Of a stretch of 64,000 nucleotides of DNA, positions 38,992 through 47,029 are shown piece after piece. The DNA comes from a virus. Location: IMG/VR virus record IMGVR_UViG_3300022839_000007, positions 64,001 to 128,000 of that record. One strand, written 5' to 3'. The notes under the pieces were generated by a model. It made no database searches and was not told the origin of the DNA. It worked only from the letters and a program-made list of their open reading frames with translations. The position numbers and the translations under genes were made by a program. Within the stretch, counting starts at the first letter, position 1. Each line of letters starts with the position of its first letter.

Positions 38992-39521
38992 TCATACCTG
39001 ATAAATGTTAAGTGTTATTATAATGTCGTCTTCATTAATTTCCAGAGGCTTAACTTCTATTAATTCGCCATTGCGTTCGATCATTACTGAATGATCTTCG
39101 GTTACGATAACTATATTGCCTTCTGAATCCTCGATTTCGTATAAGTCTTTGGAGACTTTGTGGCGATACACATAATTAATATGTCCCATATATGGTTCGT
39201 CTCTTTCTTTATCGTATGACATTACCATTACATCGTCGTCGTGTGCGTATTCCTTATCTCCGTTGTTGGTTTTAATTTCCAGTCTATTGAATAAGCTTTC
39301 GATAGTCATATTTCCTATTGAGGTCTCGATTAGTGAATTTGCTTCACAAGAATCTGTATCTCCGTAGATTACAGCTTTTCCTACATGATCGTATTCGCCT
39401 GTAATAATTTTATTAACTTCGGCACTCATATGCTTAACAATCTGCCTACCACTAAGAGTAGTACTCTGTCCAATTCTTTTATCAAAGAATCTGCATCCTG
39501 GGTTTAAGATAGCACCATACA
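38992..39521 (-). CDS. DNA polymerase B middle subunit, exon 2 (motif B-C) fused to N-intein
   Basis: (L)YGAILNPG..TTLSGR..YGDTD|SCEANSLI; joins 39963..39774 after intron removal. Confidence 0.9.
38995..39351 (-). other. Split intein, N-fragment (119 aa, Ser1)
   Basis: Block A SCEANSLI, block B VTEDHS, acidic tail, then stop. Confidence 0.9.
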
Positions 39522-39773
39522 CATTGATGTTCAGTTAGAATCGTTAATTCCAACCCGCCTTGCGGCTGCTGCATGTTACCATGCAGATCAGACTATATCA
39601 CCATCTGTGTTAACACAGATGTTCCCCGTTTCCACTCACTTGAGTGTACGTCTTTCGACTAGTCGTTGAACCTTCCTAACGCATTAGGCTTGGCTGCTGA
39701 TTGTCCTTATTGGAGTTTCCAGCAATTAGAGGAATTATTCGACCATTGTTGCCAATGGAAGTCGCAGTACTTT
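39522..39773 (-). ncRNA. Group I self-splicing intron (IA2-like), 252 nt, no ORF
   Basis: P AATTGCTGGAAA, Q AATCAGCAGCC, R TTCAACGACTA, S GATATAGTCT; U.G 5' site, omega-G; P7.1/P7.2; splicing restores NSLYG. Confidence 0.95.
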
Positions 39774-39963
39774 ACGAGTTTAGGTTAATCTTCTTGACTA
39801 GTTGGCGTTTATCCCAAAACGTTATTTGATCTAGTATGTAGTCCTTGTCATTAGAAACGACCTTGTTATCCTTGATTTTTAAATTATGATTATCAAGGTA
39901 CAGCGCAATCTTTTTTGGATCAGCGTCGCTAATTAGTTGTTTAAGTTTTTTAATATCTATCAT
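39774..39963 (-). CDS. DNA polymerase B middle subunit, exon 1 (fingers, motif B)
   Basis: AAGGAG SD; FWDKRQLVKKINLNS; apparent TAA spans the splice site. Confidence 0.9.
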
Positions 39964-40022
39964 TGGTATTCTCCTTTAAATATCTAAAAAGATACGGTTC
40001 ATTTTTTCTCTCCGGAGATAGT

Positions 40023-41861
40023 TCATTTATCATTTATTGTATACTTTTTAATATCTTCAGCTAACGTAGGATCAATATTAATGCCAGAATTAAGTTCTGT
40101 CCATAGCTCTAGCATACCCTGAAGCTCTTTACGCTCGCTGTACCATCTCTTAAGAAGTCCGGGAATTACTGCTTCAAATTCGTGTGTGAATATAGTTCCG
40201 TTCGCACTAAGCATCCACGGAGTATTACTATCAAAAATCATATTATAAATTTCAGCAGCACTAAGCACGTCTTGACGCCCGTCTTCCCAATTGACGTGTA
40301 ATGCAATGTCTTTACGTTGTTCCATTACAGCTTCGTATTCTTCAGTAGCAAATCTTCCTTCCCAACTTGCAGCAAAACTCATTTTCTTAAGAGTTATATC
40401 GTCGTGTACTCGTGCTTCGCTAATATGTGGAACAATTTGTCCTATGATACTTTCTGGTGCCATATTCATGCTACGAATCACACTAGGATACAATGAGTTA
40501 AGATCCATACTACCTATCCATTCGTGTAATCCCTTTTTAGGAACCGCGACATATGCACCAGCAGCTTGTGTACTATCGCCGTTATTTTTTCTATTAGGAA
40601 CTTGCATACCTCTTCGATGTGCTTCGTTGATAATTGCTTGTTCAGTTAGTGCTACTGCACCTGCAGTAGTTTGTAGTAATACTGTATTTTCGTGAGCAAG
40701 GACGTTTGCTAAATCAATAAATTTTAGTTTTTTATCTAATTTATCTAGTAACGCAACGTCTTGTCTATTATATTCAATAAATTTTTCAAAATCATTATTG
40801 TATAACTGATCCAATGTACCTTCGTATATTGTTTTGTTCTCGCCTACTTCCATCTCTCCAATTGCATCAAGTCGATAGCTATGACGTTCCTCGTAAGTGT
40901 ATTTGCGATATAAGTTAAGATAATCAAGATGTACTCTTCCGATAGTATCGTAGGTTATGCTAGTTTTTCCGTATTTTTCAAACTCGCGTTTTTTAGGCAA
41001 TTGCCCCCATAAACAGAAGCGTCTAGTATCGTCATTGCTCAATACACGTTTGATACGATTAACAGTATAAGGAACGTCGTACCCTTCGGAATTCCATCCA
41101 CTATGTACATCGGCATCTTCAATTAAGTCTAGAAACATCTGTAACATAGCACGTTCGCCATTACCTTCTGAATCGTTAGGAAACAATATACATTCTTCGC
41201 CCCATCGTTCCTTACATATTGCTTGTGCTTTTTCAAACGGTAATCCTTTAGGAGGCATAGCAACTGTAACTAATAAATCTAACCATTGCAAGTATACAGT
41301 AATAGCAGTAATTGGCATAAATGGATCGTCAGTTGGTGCAAAGCCTCTGCCGGCTTTTAAGTAATCACACCCTGAAATTTGCTTCCACTTTTTTTCTTTG
41401 TGGTTCCATACTTCGTATAGATGCGCATCGGTAATACGCGAAAGTGCATCGACATTTGTATCAATATCTATAACTGTTGACTTTTTTCTAATTTTTACCT
41501 TGTAATCCCTAGGGTACTCAAACGGATCAAAGTCAGTTTCGATATCCCAAAATGCTACATTAAGTTTAGGAGCATCCTGATTAAGATAGTGTTCGCTTAG
41601 GCATTGAAATATTGGATTTACATCAGACTCAAATAATACGTTGCCTTTGTTAATAGCAACTTCTTTTCTATAATCTTTTGTATTTTTACACACAATACGG
41701 CTTAGAGTGTCTCCAAAAATACTCTTGTACTTTCCTCTAGCGTCTTTGTAATAAAATGTATATTTTGCTTGGTATTCTTGATAAATTCGTTTACCTTCCT
41801 TGCGTTCGACTATGTTAATAGTATCGCTGTCCCGGTTAAAGAAGCTGTCAATGTAGGGCAT
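40023..41861 (-). CDS. DNA polymerase B N-terminal subunit (3'-5' exonuclease + motif A)
   Basis: ExoI DIET, ExoII WNSEGYD, ExoIII YNRQD, motif A DLNSLYPS, ends after WYSERK; AAGGAG SD before 41861. Confidence 0.92.
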   Translation of the reverse strand: MPYIDSFFNRDSDTINIVERKEGKRIYQEYQAKYTFYYKDARGKYKSIFGDTLSRIVCKNTKDYRKEVAINKGNVLFESDVNPIFQCLSEHYLNQDAPKLNVAFWDIETDFDPFEYPRDYKVKIRKKSTVIDIDTNVDALSRITDAHLYEVWNHKEKKWKQISGCDYLKAGRGFAPTDDPFMPITAITVYLQWLDLLVTVAMPPKGLPFEKAQAICKERWGEECILFPNDSEGNGERAMLQMFLDLIEDADVHSGWNSEGYDVPYTVNRIKRVLSNDDTRRFCLWGQLPKKREFEKYGKTSITYDTIGRVHLDYLNLYRKYTYEERHSYRLDAIGEMEVGENKTIYEGTLDQLYNNDFEKFIEYNRQDVALLDKLDKKLKFIDLANVLAHENTVLLQTTAGAVALTEQAIINEAHRRGMQVPNRKNNGDSTQAAGAYVAVPKKGLHEWIGSMDLNSLYPSVIRSMNMAPESIIGQIVPHISEARVHDDITLKKMSFAASWEGRFATEEYEAVMEQRKDIALHVNWEDGRQDVLSAAEIYNMIFDSNTPWMLSANGTIFTHEFEAVIPGLLKRWYSERKELQGMLELWTELNSGINIDPTLAEDIKKYTINDK

Positions 41862-41924
41862 CGGGGTCTCTCCTTGCAACTTGTGGCTTGCTTACCGTGG
41901 TATTGCTCGTAAAGTGAGCAAGTC

Positions 41925-42140
41925 TTATAACAACAACCCTGCTATATAGATAAGAGTTAGTCCTGAATTAAGAACTATTAAACTTTTTTCTTTCCATAGT
42001 ATTCCTATTAGTATCCACAAACTGTTTGATCCTATGAATGCAAATATATAATACGGATAGATATTAAATGCTGCAAGACTAGCAGCAATTAGTAATGCTG
42101 CGGTGCTAATCCATGCTAGCCATTGATAAGGTTTATTCAT
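41925..42140 (-). CDS. Small membrane protein
   Basis: Three hydrophobic segments in 71 aa. Confidence 0.7.
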   Translation of the reverse strand: MNKPYQWLAWISTAALLIAASLAAFNIYPYYIFAFIGSNSLWILIGILWKEKSLIVLNSGLTLIYIAGLLL

Positions 42141-42430
42141 TTGTTTTTCTTTAACATGTATATTGTAATTTTAGGATCGGTTATAACTAGTAAATCTTGT
42201 GGATACTTTTTATCTACGTGTTGCCTGCCTACTTCGATTACATTAATCATTTTATTGTTTATTTTTTTAACAATGCCAATAATCATATTATTGTGTTTAG
42301 GATAGGCAACTATATCACCTAGCTTAATTATTTTATTTAAAATGTCACAATGTTCAGTAATAACAATATTAGTCATCGTTATCATACCCAATAGTAGCAA
42401 TAATAGTTTCGAGGTCTTCAAATTCGTCAT
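42137..42430 (-). CDS. Hypothetical protein (start uncertain)
   Basis: DILNKIIKLGDIVAYP, YopX/SH3-like pattern. Confidence 0.55.
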   Translation of the reverse strand: MTNLKTSKLLLLLLGMITMTNIVITEHCDILNKIIKLGDIVAYPKHNNMIIGIVKKINNKMINVIEVGRQHVDKKYPQDLLVITDPKITIYMLKKNK

Positions 42431-42635
42431 TCAAACGACTCCAGTCGCGATTTTTTGCAACTTTAATAGCTTTATTAATAATACTAGGTTTTACGTTTAG
42501 TTCTTCTGCAACTGCTTTCACGGTTTCTTTTAATCCGCCCTGCAAATCTTCAATTTCTTGTAGTACAGTTACGCCTTCTTTAACAAGCCTCTCTAGTTTG
42601 GCTTTTTCTTCTTGGCCATAGGTACGGTCGCTCAT
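42369..42635 (-). CDS. Small dsDNA-binding protein (T4 DsbA/GapR-like)
   Basis: Coiled coil QEIEDLQ..LKETVKAVAEE..KAIK. Confidence 0.6.
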   Translation of the reverse strand: MSDRTYGQEEKAKLERLVKEGVTVLQEIEDLQGGLKETVKAVAEELNVKPSIINKAIKVAKNRDWSRLNDEFEDLETIIATIGYDNDD

Positions 42636-42665
42636 GTATTATCCCTTTTTGTTATTGTTAATTAT

Positions 42666-42694
42666 ATTATATTGTATTATTTAATTTTTGTCAA
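42666..42694 (-). promoter_or_regulatory. Consensus sigma70 promoter heading the polB operon
   Basis: TTGACA-N17-TATAAT. Confidence 0.75.
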
Positions 42695-42698
42695 CGTA

Positions 42699-43298
42699 TT
42701 ATTTGACAAACGCACCAATTCTACCATGTACATCAGGGTATTCTCGGTATCTATATCCAGTTGGCGGAATAGTTGCTTCGCCTTCCCATACTGGAATAAA
42801 ATGGTTTATATTACCGTCAAAATCCTCGTTGCGACGTAGATGTATCTCAATGAGATTGTCTCCAATAAATTCGCAATTAATCCACTGATGACGTTGATTA
42901 AAATTTCTTAATATTTTTGGAAACGGTTTGCAAATATCATTTCTACGCCAATCTGTCCATTTTGTAAAGGTTGTAGAAGGCTTGTGTCCTTCTACACATA
43001 ACATTTGACGTGAATTATAATAGTCAATGCTTAAATGTCTGCCTTCGAACCATTCACACCAAAAGTATCCTATTGGTAAATGCATAGTGCTACAGTCTAT
43101 CCACACCTTTGTTGTACCAAGCCCAAGGCCTATCATATTTACACACGGACGAACAATATAGTAATTTGGTGCTGGCACATCTAGCCCAACTGGACCCGAA
43201 ATATACCCTAGCTTACGAGATAAAATAAGTTTATCCAGTACCCAAATGTTATCTGGGTCAATTGTTTCCCAAATTAAATCCTCAGCGCACTTCTTCAT
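42699..43298 (-). CDS. ATP-grasp-like conserved phage protein
   Basis: DKL..YIVRP..WCEWFEG.HLSID..INCEFI..IEIHLR. Confidence 0.55.
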   Translation of the reverse strand: MKKCAEDLIWETIDPDNIWVLDKLILSRKLGYISGPVGLDVPAPNYYIVRPCVNMIGLGLGTTKVWIDCSTMHLPIGYFWCEWFEGRHLSIDYYNSRQMLCVEGHKPSTTFTKWTDWRRNDICKPFPKILRNFNQRHQWINCEFIGDNLIEIHLRRNEDFDGNINHFIPVWEGEATIPPTGYRYREYPDVHGRIGAFVK

Positions 43299-43313
43299 AT
43301 TACAGAAAATAAA

Positions 43314-43649
43314 TTATTTAATTCGTTTATTAACCATACGCTCGGCCAATGAATGTTTATAAATAGTTGCTGCTTCTGATGTCATTGCAATGTTTACTTC
43401 TGATTGACCGACTTGTTCGTATTCTAGTGCATGATACACACTGCTAATGTAATCTGCTGCTTTTGTAATTTTAGCTTGTTGCCATCCTTCGATGCCTTCA
43501 GATTCGCTTACATTCTTCAGTATATTATGTAATTTAATAGAATATTTTGCAATTTTGTATAATTCTGCACGAGCCATTTGTACTTCGTGATCTTGTTCAG
43601 CTAGGTGAGCCATGTCGCCTAACCCTTCGTTTATCTTCTTTCTAGTCAT
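43314..43649 (-). CDS. Hypothetical late protein
   Basis: GGAG SD, GATAAATA at 43678-43685; WQQAKITKAADY. Confidence 0.7.
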   Translation of the reverse strand: MTRKKINEGLGDMAHLAEQDHEVQMARAELYKIAKYSIKLHNILKNVSESEGIEGWQQAKITKAADYISSVYHALEYEQVGQSEVNIAMTSEAATIYKHSLAERMVNKRIK

Positions 43650-43680
43650 CGGATTCTCCAAGATATGCTAATAAGTATAT

Positions 43681-43872
43681 TTATCGTTTTTTCTGGTGCC
43701 CAAATATATTATCGGGCATATCAAGAGCATTAACGATAGTACCGTCTTTATTTTTCTTTTGAGCAGCTTCTGGTGCTCCGTATTTTCCACGACGTTGGGT
43801 TCCGCCCATCGGGGTTGCAATACTTGCTACTGACCCCGATGATGTCATTTCAGTAATTTCACGAATTTTCAT
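43681..43872 (-). CDS. MKxxEI-leader small protein
   Basis: MKIREITE. Confidence 0.7.
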   Translation of the reverse strand: MKIREITEMTSSGSVASIATPMGGTQRRGKYGAPEAAQKKNKDGTIVNALDMPDNIFGHQKKR

Positions 43873-43873
43873 G

Positions 43874-44410
43874 TTATCCTACTAGCTTTCCGCCCAACGG
43901 ATGTGGACCTCTTCGTTTTTTTGCAGGAGTAGGCTCGTTGCCGCGCGCATAGTCGCCATCCTTTTGTTTATACGACTCGTCTTGCATTTCCTTAGGAGAC
44001 TTACTCATTAACGCCTTTGCAACCTGAGTACCGCCGTACAATATTGCCACAACTACAATTAACGGTAAACTGTATTTTCCGGCAAACATTGCAATCTTCT
44101 GTGCAGCAGAAGATCCTAATACGTTCTTAATTAACGGAATAAGATTATCTTCGGTCATGTTTACCACGTCATTTATTGCCAATCCAGTAGCACCTATACC
44201 CACACCTGTTCCGAGACGTCCTGCGGCTGTAGCCCCGGTTGCAACGCCTCTGCCTACCATAGGCACAGCTTTTACACTTCCTATAAGTACTCTAGCCCCA
44301 GCTTTGGCAGCCCAGGGTAATGCAACTCTTGCTCCTGCAACAACTAATGGAATAAACCAAACAACTTCGGTTATTGGATTTTTTAACTCTGTGACTTCGC
44401 TAACCTTCAT
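43874..44410 (-). CDS. MKxxEI-leader protein, hydrophobic Gly/Ala-rich
   Basis: MKVSEVTE; hydrophobic helices. Confidence 0.7.
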   Translation of the reverse strand: MKVSEVTELKNPITEVVWFIPLVVAGARVALPWAAKAGARVLIGSVKAVPMVGRGVATGATAAGRLGTGVGIGATGLAINDVVNMTEDNLIPLIKNVLGSSAAQKIAMFAGKYSLPLIVVVAILYGGTQVAKALMSKSPKEMQDESYKQKDGDYARGNEPTPAKKRRGPHPLGGKLVG

Positions 44411-44595
44411 TATAGTTTCCTTAATCCTGTTATTTTAGCATCGGATCCGTATTGTGCATGTATCATCAATTTTGCAGATTGCGCGCTCTTTGCACTAACT
44501 TGAATAGAAATCCATTGAGAATAATACGGTTGGCGTACTTGTACCATTGCATCAAATAAATAAAAATTGCTGTGCTTTATTTCTCGTAGTAACAT
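44410..44595 (-). CDS. Leader-family small protein
   Basis: MLLREI; VSAKSAQSAKLMIHAQYG. Confidence 0.65.
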   Translation of the reverse strand: MLLREIKHSNFYLFDAMVQVRQPYYSQWISIQVSAKSAQSAKLMIHAQYGSDAKITGLRKL

Positions 44596-44596
44596 A

Positions 44597-45160
44597 TCAA
44601 TATTTATCGAAGTTAAAAAGTTTAGTAAGTTCTCTATACAACGGATCTTCCAAAGTATGTCCGCCTTCCATTATAGCCCATTCTATATCAGTGTATCGAG
44701 GAGCAGCTTCCGAGGTTACTGTCTTAATTGCAAGCGGACCGTGTGGATGGTGAGGGTTGAGTACTACATCTTCGCCGTTCATAAGATCGCTAATATTAGC
44801 AGCTTTTCCTAATCTGTCTAATACCTGATGTAGTCTATCGGTTGGATCGTATCCATATGAATCGTATCCCTTTTTTCCGCGAACCTCTACTCTATTCATG
44901 CCTCTTTTATTTATATGTAGGATATCGTACAGCAGTCCGCGCTCTAGTTTAATCATTACGCTTTCGGTTATTCCAAGATTAGTTAATATATTAGAACTTG
45001 TTACTTTAGATTTTTTACCCATGATAGGCGGTCTACCGTCTTTATCTACTATATTACCAAACTTAGCAGCTTGTTTTTTGATTTCGTTTGGTCCTACATC
45101 AACCGTGGTATTAACACCCTTGACTATTCTTCCATCCTCTGCTAAATCGCTAATCTTCAT
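44597..45160 (-). CDS. Leader-family protein
   Basis: MKISDLAE; AGGA SD. Confidence 0.7.
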   Translation of the reverse strand: MKISDLAEDGRIVKGVNTTVDVGPNEIKKQAAKFGNIVDKDGRPPIMGKKSKVTSSNILTNLGITESVMIKLERGLLYDILHINKRGMNRVEVRGKKGYDSYGYDPTDRLHQVLDRLGKAANISDLMNGEDVVLNPHHPHGPLAIKTVTSEAAPRYTDIEWAIMEGGHTLEDPLYRELTKLFNFDKY

Positions 45161-45193
45161 TTTTTTCCTATCTGTTTTTAGTATTAGTTAATA

Positions 45194-45679
45194 CTACTTT
45201 GAGAATCTTCCTGCTGGACTAAATGCTTTATTTTGATCTTTAGAAAACATCCGTCTATCTTCGGAAGTCATTACTCTGCATGGACCTTGATCCGGAACCA
45301 TGAATAATTTTTGAGTACTATACGGAAATAAGTTAGGACCAATTGTTGTAATCTTGTAAACTGTAAAGTTAGTTTCTGTAATTTTACTTTTTCTAATATC
45401 TTTTACAAATGAAATGCCTATATTTTTTTCATTAAATATTGCAAACGAATCATTCTCGTTCAATGATGTAATCATGTTATTTATTGGATCTTGTGTTATT
45501 TTTTTTAACATAAACATCACAGACGCTTTATTTTCTTGGGCAATTCTCATTAACCTATCATCGACGTGATCGCCAAATATAATCATTCCATCAGGAAACT
45601 TGTACGGTAGCCGTCGTTCAGCTTCCCAGAGCTCGTTGTTGCTAGTAACATACTGTGTAATTATCTCAAATATCTTCAT
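45194..45679 (-). CDS. Leader-family protein
   Basis: MKIFEII at 45679, 1 nt after the upstream stop. Confidence 0.65.
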   Translation of the reverse strand: MKIFEIITQYVTSNNELWEAERRLPYKFPDGMIIFGDHVDDRLMRIAQENKASVMFMLKKITQDPINNMITSLNENDSFAIFNEKNIGISFVKDIRKSKITETNFTVYKITTIGPNLFPYSTQKLFMVPDQGPCRVMTSEDRRMFSKDQNKAFSPAGRFSK

Positions 45680-45680
45680 A

Positions 45681-46100
45681 TTACCAATTTCTGCAACTCC
45701 AATATCTTGCAGATGTACGAGGTCCAGGATTGTCACAATTATGACGTGCCCTAAAACTTTTTCTTCTTGCAGGATTTGATTTCTTAATACGCATATTTGG
45801 ATCTCCGAAGTTTACTTTTTTAACATTTCCGGTACTCGGATCTTTTACAAAAACCTTAAACTTTTTTACATCGCCTCGCATAGGTTTGCCTAGGCTAACT
45901 TTGCGTCCTTGATACTCGGCTTCGTCGAGTATATCGTCTTCGTTGAACCACATTTCTCCATATGCTTCAAAGAATTCATTGCCATGATAGGTTTCCTCTT
46001 TAACGCAATTATTTACACGCTTGCCTTTGTTCTTACCGGTACCGGGCTTTGTGCCGTCTTTTTTGTATCCGTCCCAGCAAGAAATTTCGTTAACTTTCAT
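45681..46100 (-). CDS. Leader-family protein with conserved basic C-terminal domain
   Basis: MKVNEI; CWDGY..NCV; EAEYQGRKV..SFRARHNC..ARYWSC. Confidence 0.75.
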   Translation of the reverse strand: MKVNEISCWDGYKKDGTKPGTGKNKGKRVNNCVKEETYHGNEFFEAYGEMWFNEDDILDEAEYQGRKVSLGKPMRGDVKKFKVFVKDPSTGNVKKVNFGDPNMRIKKSNPARRKSFRARHNCDNPGPRTSARYWSCRNW

Positions 46101-46306
46101 TTTCTTCCCCTAAATGTTCCGCCCGTGAGATGCGGCAAAGTAAACCAGAGTTCAAACCATTTTGGATCACCAGGTTGTATATTCTGTTCACGTTCTTTTT
46201 GACGATTACTGTTAGCAGCATCGCTGATATTGCCCAATGAGTATTCGGTATACCCTTTAAATTCGTTTACACCAGCAAGCTTTATAAGTCTGTCTAAATC
46301 GTCCAT
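46097..46306 (-). CDS. Small conserved phage protein
   Basis: DRLIKLAGVNE; IQPGDPKWFELWF. Confidence 0.7.
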   Translation of the reverse strand: MDDLDRLIKLAGVNEFKGYTEYSLGNISDAANSNRQKEREQNIQPGDPKWFELWFTLPHLTGGTFRGRK

Positions 46307-46788
46307 TATAAATCTCTATTAGCAGAACTAGTTGCTGGTTGTTTTTTACGTATTATAAATTCGGTCATTCTACCAATATCGCTCCACGCAAATTCAAATC
46401 CGTTCTTATCAGCAAACTTTTGTATCATTTTTTTATACAACGAAGATCTGCTGTCCTTGATTTTAGGATCTTCTGCGGCAGCGCCTTCGCGCTTGGCAAC
46501 AAATGTAATACTCTCGGCTGTTAAATTTAACTTAAAAAATGAAGAAATAATATTAATTACAGTAGCAAATATAGCAAATTCATTACCTTCTCCGGTACGT
46601 TTAATGTTATTATCTTTTTTAAATCCTACTTCAAAATTACGACTATTGTGAGAAAGAGATTCAAAGTATACTACAACATTGCCGCCTGCTGATGCAAAAT
46701 GAGCGCGAAAACTATTAACTTCTTGTTGAGTCCATTGCCAGTTATACGGACGATCAAACACTTCAACAATAATCTCGCAGACTTTCAT
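46306..46788 (-). CDS. Leader-family protein
   Basis: MKVCEIIVE; IFATV..RSSLYKKM. Confidence 0.7.
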   Translation of the reverse strand: MKVCEIIVEVFDRPYNWQWTQQEVNSFRAHFASAGGNVVVYFESLSHNSRNFEVGFKKDNNIKRTGEGNEFAIFATVINIISSFFKLNLTAESITFVAKREGAAAEDPKIKDSRSSLYKKMIQKFADKNGFEFAWSDIGRMTEFIIRKKQPATSSANRDL

Positions 46789-46789
46789 A

Positions 46790-47029
46790 TTATCGATTTC
46801 TATCTATTTTTTTTAGCAACTTTTCATCGGGCATTGCGTTGCCTAACTTTTGTGCAATTTTGTATTCAGCTGCACCGCCTGCAACTCCGCCTGCATACTT
46901 TCCTGCTCGTTTAGCTGCTGCCTGTCCGGCAGTTCTTGCTCCTAGTTTTGCTGCTCCGGCTTTTGCCAATTGTCCACCTATATTTGCTCCTACACCAACT
47001 AGGGCACCAACCACTTCGTTTACTTTCAA
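46790..47029 (-). CDS. Leader-family Gly/Ala/Lys-rich small protein
   Basis: TTG start with AAGGA SD; MKVNEV. Confidence 0.65.
   Translation of the reverse strand: MKVNEVVGALVGVGANIGGQLAKAGAAKLGARTAGQAAAKRAGKYAGGVAGGAAEYKIAQKLGNAMPDEKLLKKIDRNR

Noticed and set aside
39520-39522. GTG start for the 176-aa ORF given in the track
   Set aside because: The G is the intron omega-G and there is no SD; this is exon 2
39964-40022. T4 gene 60-type ribosomal bypass or a second intron between polB A and B
   Set aside because: A strong AAGGAG-ATG restart is present, the gap is too short for an intron core, and I saw no convincing take-off hairpin
37806-41861. polB as a fragmented pseudogene
   Set aside because: Each break has an explanation (SD-led restart, complete intron, paired intein halves) and the catalytic motifs are restored exactly
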